From NCBI GenBank assembly GCA_001724265.1, contig MEDY01000011.1:186001-219224 (forward strand): a stretch of 33,224 bases of DNA, given 5' to 3'. The DNA is from Rhizaria sp. SCN 62-66 (taxonomy: Eukaryota). This document shows positions 23,057 through 33,224 of the stretch, one piece after another; the stretch's first letter is position 1, and each line of letters starts with the position of its first letter. The notes beneath the pieces were generated by a model. It was not told the DNA's origin. It made no database searches and worked only from the letters and a program-made list of their open reading frames with translations. The position numbers were made by a program, and so were the translations under genes.

Positions 23057-23071
23057 CTTCTCGAACTTTCT
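23057..23071. promoter_or_regulatory. Candidate heat shock element (3 inverted nGAAn units)
   Basis: cTTCtcGAActTTCt matches nTTCnnGAAnnTTCn exactly and lies ~115 nt upstream of the HSF ATG. Confidence 0.45.
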
Positions 23072-23185
23072 CTCTCGTGCCAAACCCCTTCCTGCCTCTT
23101 CGCAGCCCTGCAGCTTCGCGCTCAGCACTCGCCCGCGCCCCCGCGTCACTTCCCCGCGCTTGTCGCGAGTTTTCCCCGCTGCCCG

Positions 23186-26100
23186 ATGCAGGCGAACGCG
23201 TACGTGGCCGAGGCCGGCGACGATGATGACGATGATAAGAAGACATCCTCGTTCCTTACTAAGACCTTCGCGATGGTCTCCGACCCCGCGAACGCAGCCA
23301 TCGTGGCATGGAGCGACGCCGGAGACGAGTTCATCGTCAAGAACGAGCACGCCTTTGCCGCTTCGCTGCTGCCCGCGCACTTCCGTTCACAAAACTTCTC
23401 ATCGTTCGTGCGGCAGCTCAACTTCTACGGCTTCCGCAAGCGCACGTGCGCGAGCCAGGCGTCGGTGTTCAAGCACCCGTACTTCCGCCGCAACCGGCGC
23501 GACCTGCTGGCGAACATCAAGCGCAAGGTGAGCGAGCCTGCATCGCAGACGTCGCAGTCTGTGCGCGACTCGCTGACTTCGCTGCAGTCGCAGGTGACGG
23601 CGCTGCAGCACCAGTACGCCGACATCTGGGCGCTGCAGAACAACATCCTGTACCTGCTCACCCGCGCCATGTCCCGCGACGCCTCGGACGCGCGGCTGCC
23701 GGCGCAGATGATTAACGTGGTCGCGCCCTCGGCGGCCCCCGCGCTGCCACAGCTGGGCCACTACGACGCCTCGGGCGCGCCTATTGTGCCCCCGCCGTCA
23801 TCCTCGTCGTCGGCGCACGCGGGCGGCGCGGGCGGCGTGGCACTGGGCCAGATCTCGATGCCCGGCCAGGGCCACGGGTACCCGCAGCACCTCCAGGGTT
23901 CGGGCCCGCAGTTCAGCGTTGGCGGCGTTGGCGGCGGTGCTGGCGGCCACGGCGCGGGCCCGCCGCCCGTGGGCTCGGCGGCGACGCTCGTCTCCAACGG
24001 CGGCATCGTGACATCGTACGAGGACGCCGTGGCCTCGGTCTCGGCCGCTGTCTCGGCCACGGACGCCGCGGGCAACTTTGCACAGTTCCGCCACCAGGGC
24101 GCCTACCCGCAGCAATACGGCTACGGCCACAGCCACGGCCACGGCCACGGCCACAGCCACGGCCACGGCCACGGCCACGGCCACGGCCACGGCCACCATG
24201 GCCACGGGCTGCAAGGGCTGGGCAACGCGCTCAACGCGCAGAACATGGCCACCAGCGGCAGCAGCAGCAGCGGTAGCGGCGGCAGCGGCGTCGCGCTCTC
24301 GGCCGGCGGTGGCGCTGGCGGCGGTGGCGGCCTGACCAGCGGCGGCGCAGTGGTGCCGTCGTCGGGCGCATTCTTGCACCACTCGGCCTACGGGATGGGT
24401 GGCGCGGCGCGGTCGGGCAACCCCGCCGAGCTGGGCCAGTACACCGGCGTCGGCATGGGCCCGCACACCAGCGTTGGCGGCAGCGTTGGCGGCGGCAGCG
24501 GCGGCGCAGTCGGCGCGCTCGTGCCCGCCGGCGGCGGCGCGGGCGCCGGCGTGGGCGGGTTGATGGGCGGCTTCGGTTACCACCACGGCGCCCACGGGCA
24601 CCACGGGCACCACAGCCACGGCCACGGCCACGGGCACCACGGCCACGGCCTTCAGCCGCTGGCGCTGACGCTGGCGCCGCCCGTGCCGGTCGGCCCCGCG
24701 GGCGCCGGCGGCGAGGGCAGCGCGGTGCGCATCCGCGCGCTGCCCGACGACGAGTACCTCGACGACGAGGACGACGATGACGACGACGACGACGGCGACG
24801 AGGGCGGCGACAAAGACGACAAGAGCAAGGGCAAGAAGGGGAGCGGCAACAAGGCCTCCTCTGCTGCCGCCGCGGCCGCCGCTGCCGCCGCCGCCGCCCC
24901 GGCGTCTTCCCGCGCCCGCCGCGCTAGTACCCGCAACAGCGCCGCCTCTGCCGCCGCCTCCACGCCCGCGGTCACGGCCGCTAAGGACAGCGCCGCGGGC
25001 GCGGGCGCGACCGAGGAGATGCGCGACGGCCGCTCGCGCCGCGCCCGTCTCTCGTCCTCGTCGTCCTCCGCTGCGGCCGCCACTCCGAACGCGGGGGTGA
25101 TCTCGCTCCCCATGCTGCCCCCCGCGCCCCAGGGCAACTCCAACAGCGCGGGCTCCAGCAGCAGCAGCAGCTCGAGCAACAGCGGCGGCATCAACAGCAT
25201 GAGCGGCTCGATGGCCGAGGTTGCGCGCCTGACATAGTTGGTCGCCGCGCTGCCGAGGCCGCCCCGCACGGCGTCCTCCGGCGGCGGCGTCAACCTCTCG
25301 GCGCTGCCCGGCCTCTCCGCGGCGCTCTCGGCTGCCACGGCCGCTGTCGGCGTCGCGTCGCCCTACAACAGCAACGGCTACGCACAGCAGCAGTACTATG
25401 GCGGGCCCATCGCGGACGGCAGCTCGCCCTACACGGCGGCGCAGCGCGGGCCGGCGTTTGCGTACCCTCTCACCGTCGCCGGCAACTACAACAACAGCAA
25501 CAACAGCAACAACAGCGGCGAGAACGGCGAGAGCGGCGTGTCCATCTCTGCCGTGTCGACCCGCAGCCCCAGCCCCGCGTCGGGCTCCGCGTCTCCGCAA
25601 CAGCTGCAGCAGCACTTGAACCGGCTCACGCAGCTCTCGCAGGCCAACGCCGCGCGCTCGGCCCGCTTCCCCGCGCCGGCCCCGATCTCCGCGGTCACCG
25701 GCAACAGTCCTTTGTCCGCCGCGACCGGCGCCGCCGGCCCGGGGGGCCTGCTGGGCGCCGCGCTCGCGGGCGGGTCCGCGCTGTCGCTGCCGATCGCGGC
25801 CGGCGCCAACGCCGCCGCGGCCGCGCAGGGCGCTGGCGTTAGCCTCCCCACGGGCGGCGCGCTCGTCCCGCATAGCAGCAGCAGTAGCAGCAGCAACGCG
25901 GCTGGCCCGCTCGGCGGCTTCAGCTTCAGCGGCGCCTACGGAGGTGGCGACGGCGGCTACGGCGGCTACGGCCTCGGCGGCGGCTTCGGCGGCTCGGGGC
26001 TGACCCCTGTCGCGCCCAACGCCGGCCTGCGGTCTCCGCTGCAGATCGAGGAGGTGACCCCGACCAGCTCCACCGTCTCGGACAACACGCCCGGCGGGCC

Positions 26101-26893
26101 CAACAACGCCGCCGCCGGCGCGTTGGCGACGCCCATGTTCCGCGGCGTGGCGGCGGGCGTGCGCTCGCCGTCGCCCGCGCTGCTGCGGTCCGCGCTGCTT
26201 GCGCCCGCGCCTCTCATGCCCGCGCTCTCGGGCCCCGTCGCGCTGCCCGCCTCGGCCATCCCGGCCGCGGCCGCGGTCGGCGCGCACCCGCACGGGGGGC
26301 TCGTGGCCGGCGCGCTGGGCACGGACGCGTCGCTGGCCTTTACGCCCAGCGGCGGCGTCATCTCGGCGCACGCCGCGCGCGCCGCCGCCGCTGCCGCTGA
26401 GGCTGGTGTTGGCGCGGGCGCGGGCGGGCTGCCCGGCCTGCCTGGCGCTGGCGCTGGGGCTGGGACTGGGGCTGGGACTGGTGCGTCGACGGCGCAGGTG
26501 CGCGTGCCGGCGACGGTGCCGCTCGGCGCGACCGTGCCGCCCTCGTCCGCGCTCCCGGCCTCGGCCGCGGCCGCCGCTGCTGCTGCCGCCGCCGCCGCCG
26601 CCGCCGCCGCGGACGCCGCGATGGCGTCCCCGTTCCTGCCGTCAACCACCCTCCTGGGTTCGAGCAACGCGCACGGCGTGACCGCCGCGCTCGGCGGCGC
26701 TCCCACCGTCGCGCCTGCGTCTGCGCCTGCAGCTGTGTCTGCTGCGACGAGCAGCAGCAATGCGGGCGAGCCGTCGGTCAAGATCGAGCAGGTCGAGGGC
26801 GACGACCATGACGAGCCCGCTATGAAGACGGAGACTGAGGCTAAGGGCAAGGGTGCGCAGCGCGGCGGGCGTCGAAGCTCGAAGCGCTCTTAA
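23186..26893 (+). CDS. HSF: Heat shock factor (HSF)-type transcription factor; 683 aa if TAG 25235-25237 terminates, 1235 aa if it is decoded
   Basis: HSF DNA-binding domain FLTKTFAMV...IVAWS...HFRSQNFSSFVRQLNFYGFRK...FKHPYFRR...LLANIKRK, followed by an HR-A/B-like heptad region. The same frame continues for 551 codons past the TAG to TAA at 26891-26893, where the sequence turns AT-rich. Confidence 0.88.
24125..24196 (+). repeat. (GGCCAC/AGCCAC)n hexamer repeat encoding a Gly-His tract in HSF
   Basis: Twelve consecutive hexamers are visible, with a second degenerate His/Gly tract at ~24580-24650. Confidence 0.9.
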
Positions 26894-27155
26894 ATAATAT
26901 TTGCATTATTCTTAGCACGACCATTTCAACACAAAACATCACACAGTAACACAAACAACAGAAGTGAACACAGACTAGTCAGTAACGTAATAGTCGGGTC
27001 GCATCAAAAGATAGCATATTGTTTCAGCATAATTTATGAATATGAGGTTACGTAGTATTGTACAATAATATGTACATGGAATATACAAACATTAATTGTA
27101 TTTAATTTCGTCAATACGTCGCCGATTTTTTTTTGTATTCTATATGAAAACCAGT

Positions 27156-27187
27156 TACATGTACAATGTACATGTACACGTACATGT
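27156..27187. repeat. Degenerate TACATG tandem repeat in the HSF/NDUFS1 convergent intergenic region
   Basis: tacatgtacaatgtacatgtacacgtacatgt, with related TGTACA words at ~27059-27077. Confidence 0.7.
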
Positions 27188-27994
27188 TAAGCCTTGCATT
27201 GCAATATCACAACGAAAGAATTGGACCGAATTGATCGGTTCGTAACAGAGTATTAATATTGGTTGTGTATTATTATAGATACGAATATAAAAAAGTGATT
27301 ACCTTCGCGTTTGTGTACTTGGGAGTTTATGTTTAGGGTTTTTGTTAGTATTGTTTCACAATTGAAAAGCAGGGTCTCACTCTCCCTTGCAAGCATGCTA
27401 CGAGTTCCCCAGTTTGTGCATTCTACAAGCCACACATAGCCAGCGCGCGTCACATCACGAAGCAGGTCAAACAGAGAGACCTGCACACGTGAATGCGATA
27501 TTTAGAGCTGAATTGGGCGTCGTAGGACAAAAAAGGAGAACTCGACAAGAAAAAGCAAAGCAATGCGGCGCAAGGAGAGTAAGAGAGTGGCAGCGACGGG
27601 ACGCACGCCCGCAAACGGCGGTGCGCAGCGCCTCGGGGGCGAGGAGAACGATGTTGAGGGATACAGAGGATGAGAGAGAAGAGGAGATAAGGCACGGGCG
27701 CACCAGAGCACCCGCGTCTTTAAATATCAGTCCCCTGCTGAGTCACACACACTGGCAGTTCGATACTGTGAACTGCAGTAGCGCGAGGCGGGGGACAGGG
27801 CGCGGCAGCAACAAACTAAGGCTGCGCGCCGCAAGGAGAAAAGAGTCACACACACAGAGAAACAAACAGAGAGCGAGAGCGAGCAGATAGACATAGCACT
27901 GGTCTTCAAGAGGAGGTAAAAAACTGGAGTTGATTGATTTTTGTTTTAATCAAGTCACTCACAACTCTCGCTACGAGCTGGATTGTTTGCCTGC

Positions 27995-30806
27995 TTACTC
28001 GGCCTTGGCAGCCTTGGGGGCGGTGGTGCGGGGCTTCTCAGCAGCAGGCGTCGCAGCAGCAGCAGCAGCGGCAGCGGGCTTAGCAGCAGCAGCGGCGGGA
28101 GCGGCGGCGGCGGGCTTGACAGGGCCGTCGAGGGGCGCGAGGAAGGTGTTGTTGACGGCGGGCGCCACGGTGGTGGTCTTGAGCACGTACGCGGACTTGA
28201 CCTTGCCGTACGAGTTGCGCGACACGGGGAACGCCGTGGAGCAGTTGGCCATGTTGGTCGACGCGCGCGCAATGACGTTGTTGAGGTAGTGGTTCTCAAG
28301 CGCCTTGGGGATGGCGCCGCGCAGCGCGGGGGCCGCGGCCTCGGTGGCGATGGGCGCGATGGAGCCCGCCTCGACGGCGTCGAGCGCCAGCGCGCCGGGA
28401 GCCACCATGGCCATGCGCTCCTTGAGCTCGGGGAGCGTGTTGTACGGCAGCGTCACGCCCAGCACCTCGGAGAGCGCGCGGACGACCTTCCAGTTGTCGC
28501 GGGCCTCGCCCTTGGCGCTGGTGGCCGCGACGGTGATCTGTGCGCGGCCCTCGGTGTTGACGAACGTGGACATCTTCTCCGTGTGCGCGGTCGATGGCAG
28601 GATGACGTCCGCGGCGGCGGCGCCGACGTCACCGTTGTGGCCCTGGTACACAACGAAGGCGTTGGTGGGGAGCGTCTTCTGCACGGCCTCGTTGTCGGCG
28701 TTCATGAGGTACACGAACTTGGGCGCGGGCGCCGACGCGGCCTCGGGGCCGGGCACGAAGCCAAGGTCCTGGGCGGCCACGCGCGCGGCCTCGGTGTGCA
28801 GCACAGAGAGGCCCTTATAGCCGTTGAGCGCGGGGAAGTTGGCGGCGAAGGCGGCCATCACGGCGGGCGCGCTGGCGCCGGCGCCCTGCATGAAGCCCTG
28901 GCCGAAGATGACAAGGGGCTTCTTGGCGGCGGCGAGGCGCGCGGAGAACTTGTGCTTGTTGTTGGCGATGTCGGCCACGATGGACATGTCGTCGCCGATG
29001 AAGTTGCAGCGCATCGCGAGGTCGGCCTCGGGGCCCACGGCGTAGACGGGCAGGTCGCGGGTGAAGTCGTTCTTGCGCATGCGGGACGCGACGATGGGCG
29101 CCTCCATGCGCGGGTTGGAGCCGACGAGGAGGACGCAGTCGGCGTCGTCGATGGCCGCGATCGTCGAGTTGAACGTGTACTGCGCGCGGAAGTCGGCGGG
29201 CAGCTGCGTCTCGGACGCGTAGTAGGTGTTGTCGGAGCCGAGCGCGGACATGAGGTCCTTGAGCGCGAGGATGCCCTCGGCGTCGGCGAGGTCGCCGGCG
29301 TAGGCGCGCACCTCGTTGGGCTGCAGCGGCGCCAGCGCGGCGCGAATGGCGATGAGGGCGTCGGACCAGGAGCAGCGCTCGAGCAGACCCGTGGTGGCGT
29401 TGCGCTTCATGGGCGTGTCGAGACGCTGGCGGTTGAGGCCGTCGAAGGCGAGGCGAGAGCGGTCGGACAACCACTCCTCGTTGACGCCTTCATGGAGACG
29501 CGGGAGCACGCGGAGCACGTCGGCGCCGCGGGTGTTGACCTTGACGTTGGAGCCGACGGCGTCCATGACGTCGACGGAGTCCACGCCGGCGAGCTCCCAG
29601 GGGCGCGCCTTGAACATGTAGGGCTTCGAGGTGAGGGCGCCGACGGGGCAGAGGTCGACGACGTTGCCGGACATCTCGGAGTCCCAGTTCTGCGGGGTGT
29701 AGGTGCCAATCTCGGACTGGTTGCCGCGGCCAGTGACGCCGAGCGTGGGGACGCCGGCGACTTCCTCAGCGAAGCGCACGCAACGGGTGCAGTGGATGCA
29801 GCGGGTCATGATCATCTTGACCACGGGGCCGATCTCCTTGTCCTCGACGGCGCGCTTCATCTCGCGGAAGCGCGACAGGTTGGAGCCGTACAGCACGGAC
29901 TGGTCCTGGAGGTCACACTCACCACCCTGGTCGCAAATGGGGCAGTCGAGCGGGTGGTTAGCGAGGATGAACTCGAGCACGCCTTCACGGGCCTTCTTGA
30001 CCATGGGCGTCTCGGTGTGGATGCGCATGTTGGGCATCAGCGGGTACGCGCACGACGCCACGGGCTTGGGCACCTTCTCGACCTCGACGAGGCACATGCG
30101 GCAGTTACCGGCGACGGAGAGACGCTCATGGTAGCAGAAGCGGGGCACGGTGAAGCCAGCCATCTCGCACGCCTGGAGCACAGTCGTCGTCGTCGGGACC
30201 TGGATTTCGACGTCGTTGACGTACACGGTCGTCATGGCTGTGTGAGAATTAAGGCAGTGTCAGTGTGGTTGAAGCAAGTAAGCAAGAGGCGTGCGCGAAA
30301 GAAAGCGGAGTAGGAACGTTGGGGAGGTGAGCAGGCAGGGTTTCGAAAAACATGCACAGACAGGGTTAGGAGAGTTCCAGTACGAGTGAGAGGGCGTGGA
30401 ATAGCAACGCCACCTCATAGGGATCACCAGGGCAAAGGCTGTGACGCATAGTGATAAGCGGAGCGCCGTGCGCGCCCGCCGTGAGTGCTCGTTTGCGAGA
30501 GGAGCGGTGGGGGGTTATGACAGCAAGAGCCTATCAAAAGGGGTGCGGAGCAACGCCCGCTAAGACTGTCTGGCTCTGCGAGCAATGCGAGAGGGTATGA
30601 CAAATGCGGCTACATCAAGAATGAATGCAAAAAAAGATACGTGCCCCTGTTACGGGGCACGGGAGAGATGCGCGAGACGTACCGACAGTGCTGAGCCGAT
30701 TGAGGCTCGCAGCAGTGGTGGCATTCGAAGTCGACTGCACCGCGCGAACGGTGGAGCCAACCAGCGAGGAACCAACCTTGGAAATTCCGCGACCAAGGCC
30801 AAGCAT
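27995..30806 (-). CDS. NDUFS1: NADH:ubiquinone oxidoreductase 75-kDa Fe-S subunit (Nad11/NuoG homolog), nucleus-encoded; join(complement 30806..30683, 30237..27995), ~788 aa
   Basis: Fe-S motifs CYHERLSVAGNCRMC, HPLDCPICDQGGECDLQ, CIHCTRC and DLCPVGAL. Exon 1 (MLGLGRGISKVGSSLVGSTVRAVQST...) resembles a mitochondrial presequence. The GTACGT donor at 30682 and cacag acceptor at 30238 are both phase 1. Confidence 0.95.
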
Positions 30807-31847
30807 TTTTATAAAATTACTTGTGCTAGGAGTGAACACAAGTCTCCACAGAGCCACTTTTATGGTCATCTTTGGGCCCAGCCTTCGCCCGCCGGCGCGA
30901 AGTTAAGCCGCTAGAGTGCCTGTGGACTGTGGGACTAGCTACCAGTCCAACGGACCCAAACGACAGCTAAATCGCGTCATATCTAGTGCAGCACACAGGT
31001 CTAGGATGATGTGTGTTGGATATTTTGTTTTCTTCTTAAACGTAGCGGCACTTGGTAGTTCGTGTTTTATCTAATGGCGCGTATATTGCGTTCTATCGGC
31101 AATGACGTTGATGGCGGGCCGCACTTGCGTTGATGGTGCAAATCTTCACTGTTGAGTCTACAGCTATGTCATGCGAGTGGAATGCGTTGCTTTTTGAATG
31201 TTGCCGCTTTTTAAGTGATGTATAATGGGAGATTGCGGCTATTTCTTTCAGCAGAAGTCGTTTTGCCAGTAATCTGCCTCTCTGAACCAAGCTGGGAGGC
31301 CCAATGCCTCGGAGCGAAGTTTCGTACTTTGTTGTGTCTGGTACTCGATCAAGAATCCGTCACAAAAGTGGTTATAGGCGTTGGACGCAATATTATATCT
31401 TGGGAGTATCTGATTTTCAATTATTCTGCTTGAAAATGAAATCTTGACGTGAATCTTCACTTTTTACTGCGCCAACTTGCCAATGGCTCTTCAGCACATT
31501 GCTCTGGTGCGCCTCCTGAGCTCGCAAATGTGACCGGCAGTCTCCTTTTCGCATCTACTTCTGATTATGAGTAGTTCTTGCCGTTTTAAACGCTAGGATT
31601 ATGATTTTATGCTACAAATGTTTGTTATGTACTCGCTGGACCAACTGATATCTCATCTAGCTTCGCCCCGTAACAGGCTAGATGAGAATGTACGTCACAT
31701 AATCACAAGTCGCTTGGGGTCTGCCCATAATTCTATCATAAATAACTATGTGTATTTCAAAAATATATTAGAACTATGAAGTAACATTGAAAGAAGGTGC
31801 TCCAGATGCATTGAAAATGCAATCTGCTGCATGCTTTGCTGCGTCGC

Positions 31848-33224
31848 TCAGTGCATTCCCGCCGGCCTGGCATCGATCCCAACGGCCCGCGCAGCGCCGG
31901 CCAGCGCGCGCTTGCGCAGCCCGCCGCTCGCCCCGCCGGTGCGCCCTGCCGCGGCCGCAGCCGCCGAGGCAACCCCGTCCACCATTGCGTTGCCGATCCC
32001 GCCCAGTCCGCCAAGCCCGCTGTTCCCAGTGCTCTCAGCGACGGCTGCGGGCCTGTCTGGGCGCAGCGCGGCGAGGGCGTCTGCGCCGGCCGCAGCGGCG
32101 AGTGCGGCGGCGGCGCGGACCTGCTGCCAATTGAATGCAGCCCACAGCGCGATGACGACGGCGGCGAGCAGCGCGGCCAGAGGGAAGACGAGCCGCGCGC
32201 CGCGGCGCCGCAGCAGCCGGGCGGCCGCGGCGGGCGCGCCGGCGCAGGCGGCCCCACCCAGCGCTGCGGGCGCAAGCAGGGACAGCAGGTCCGCAAGCTC
32301 GGAGCCGGCGCCCGCGCCCGAGGGCGGGGCCGCGAAGACGAGCGCTTCGGGCAGCGCGTACGCGGCGGCGGGCTCCAGCGTGCGCAGGCCGTGGCTGGCG
32401 CTATGCTGGGCGTTCGCATTTGCACTGCTCGCGCTCGTATTGTTAGCGTTGTTGGCATTATTGGCGTTTGCGGTTACGTTCGCGCTAGCGGCGTCCTTAG
32501 GGGCAGAGGCGAGGTAGTGGCGCGAGGAGCGGAAGAGCGTTGCCAGCGCGTTGGGCGGCAGCGACGCCACCACCAGCCCATCGCCCTTCGCTCCAGTCGC
32601 CGCGCTGGCGGTCCCGATAGGCCCACTGGCACTGTTGCCGTCACCGCGCTTGCTGCCCACCGTCGGCGGCCTGAGGTCCGGGGGCGCGCCGGCGATCGCC
32701 GCGGCCTCTGCTGCAGCCGCAGCGACCGCCGCGGCGCGGTCGCCGACCTCCCAGCCCATCAGCAGCCAGTCGGCGTCCGCGCCCGCGCCGCCGTCGCTAT
32801 CAGTTTGCGTCGTCTTCGGGTTCGTGTTGCCGTTGTGGGCGCGCGCGGCGCGCAGCATGTCTGCGACCGAGGGAGGGCCGGCGGCGGCGGGTGCGCGGGC
32901 GGGCCGGTAAGTGAGCGGGTAGCACGCGCGCAGCAGCGGGCCCGTCGCGGGGTCCGCGCCGTGCGCGATCACCGTGCGCAGCACCGCGTCCAGCAGCGCG
33001 GGCAGCGCGCTCAGCGAGGACCCGGCCCAGGACGCCGCGGCGGCCACGGCGGCGGCGTCGGGCGCGGGCGCGGCCGGGTCTGCGGGCGCGAACAGGGACA
33101 GCGCCTGCGAGGCGGCAGCGGGCGGCGGTGGCGGCAGCGCGGGCACCGGGTGCGCTGCCGTCGCCGCCGCCACGGCCTCGGCTTCGGCCGCCGCGTCGCC
33201 GCGGCGCGCGCGCACGGCCGCCCG
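31848..33224 (-). CDS. Hypothetical Ala-rich protein, 5'-partial, with one C-terminal transmembrane segment
   Basis: Frame is open from the window edge to TGA at 31850-31848 with coding-like GC bias. The hydrophobic stretch LVFPLAALLAAVVIALWAAFNW is preceded by a basic RLLRRR segment. Confidence 0.72.
   Translation of the reverse strand, partial: RAAVRARRGDAAAEAEAVAAATAAHPVPALPPPPPAAASQALSLFAPADPAAPAPDAAAVAAAASWAGSSLSALPALLDAVLRTVIAHGADPATGPLLRACYPLTYRPARAPAAAGPPSVADMLRAARAHNGNTNPKTTQTDSDGGAGADADWLLMGWEVGDRAAAVAAAAAEAAAIAGAPPDLRPPTVGSKRGDGNSASGPIGTASAATGAKGDGLVVASLPPNALATLFRSSRHYLASAPKDAASANVTANANNANNANNTSASSANANAQHSASHGLRTLEPAAAYALPEALVFAAPPSGAGAGSELADLLSLLAPAALGGAACAGAPAAAARLLRRRGARLVFPLAALLAAVVIALWAAFNWQQVRAAAALAAAAGADALAALRPDRPAAVAESTGNSGLGGLGGIGNAMVDGVASAAAAAAGRTGGASGGLRKRALAGAARAVGIDARPAGMH

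Noticed and set aside
25220-25237. 18-nt in-frame GT...CTGAC.TAG that could be a tiny intron removing the HSF TAG (also a 141-nt GTGATC option from 25097)
   Set aside because: The donors GTTGCG and GTGATC do not match the local GTACG/GTAWG consensus, there is no pyrimidine tract, and verified introns are far longer than 18 nt and AT-richer. Disfavoured, but only RNA-seq can exclude it.
25238-26893. 551-aa ORF as an independent gene starting at TTG
   Set aside because: There is no intergenic or promoter space, it abuts the TAG in the same frame, and there is no nearby ATG. It is better explained as the HSF C-terminal half.
27983-30313. Long antisense ORFs (776 aa here; also 20697-21932, 23798-26371, 4101-5555, 13282-16356)
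   Set aside because: These are shadow ORFs opposite real genes, expected from strong GC3 bias, and have no recognisable motifs.
31093-31560. Short AT-richer ORFs, possible transposon relic or small gene
   Set aside because: Frames are short, lack the host codon bias and show no transposase/RT motifs or terminal repeats.
1-33224. CRISPR arrays, prokaryotic operons or defence systems, rRNA
   Set aside because: No repeat-spacer arrays or rRNA signatures were seen. Introns, a Pol III tRNA and the gene families all indicate eukaryotic nuclear DNA.

Overview
Gene-dense eukaryotic (protist-like) nuclear DNA with very GC-rich, Ala/Gly/Ser-rich coding exons, AT-richer intergenic stretches and few spliceosomal introns (donors mostly GTACGT). 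Eight protein genes and one tRNA are supportable. In order: a 5'-partial hypothetical protein with a Cys/Tyr-rich C-terminal domain (+), a Sec14/CRAL-TRIO protein (+), an F-box-like/TBC Rab-GAP (+, 4 exons), tRNA-Lys(CTT) (-), a 2309-aa F-box-like protein (-), protein phosphatase 1 catalytic subunit (-), a heat-shock-factor (HSF) family transcription factor (+), nucleus-encoded complex I 75-kDa subunit NDUFS1/Nad11 (-), and a 5'-partial membrane protein (-). The most striking observation is a single in-frame TAG (25235-25237) in the middle of an otherwise continuous 1235-codon HSF reading frame. All eight gene-terminal stops in the window are TAA or TGA, six of them followed by GC. This points to UAG reassignment or readthrough, although a nonsense allele, base-call error or cryptic intron cannot be excluded from this window alone.
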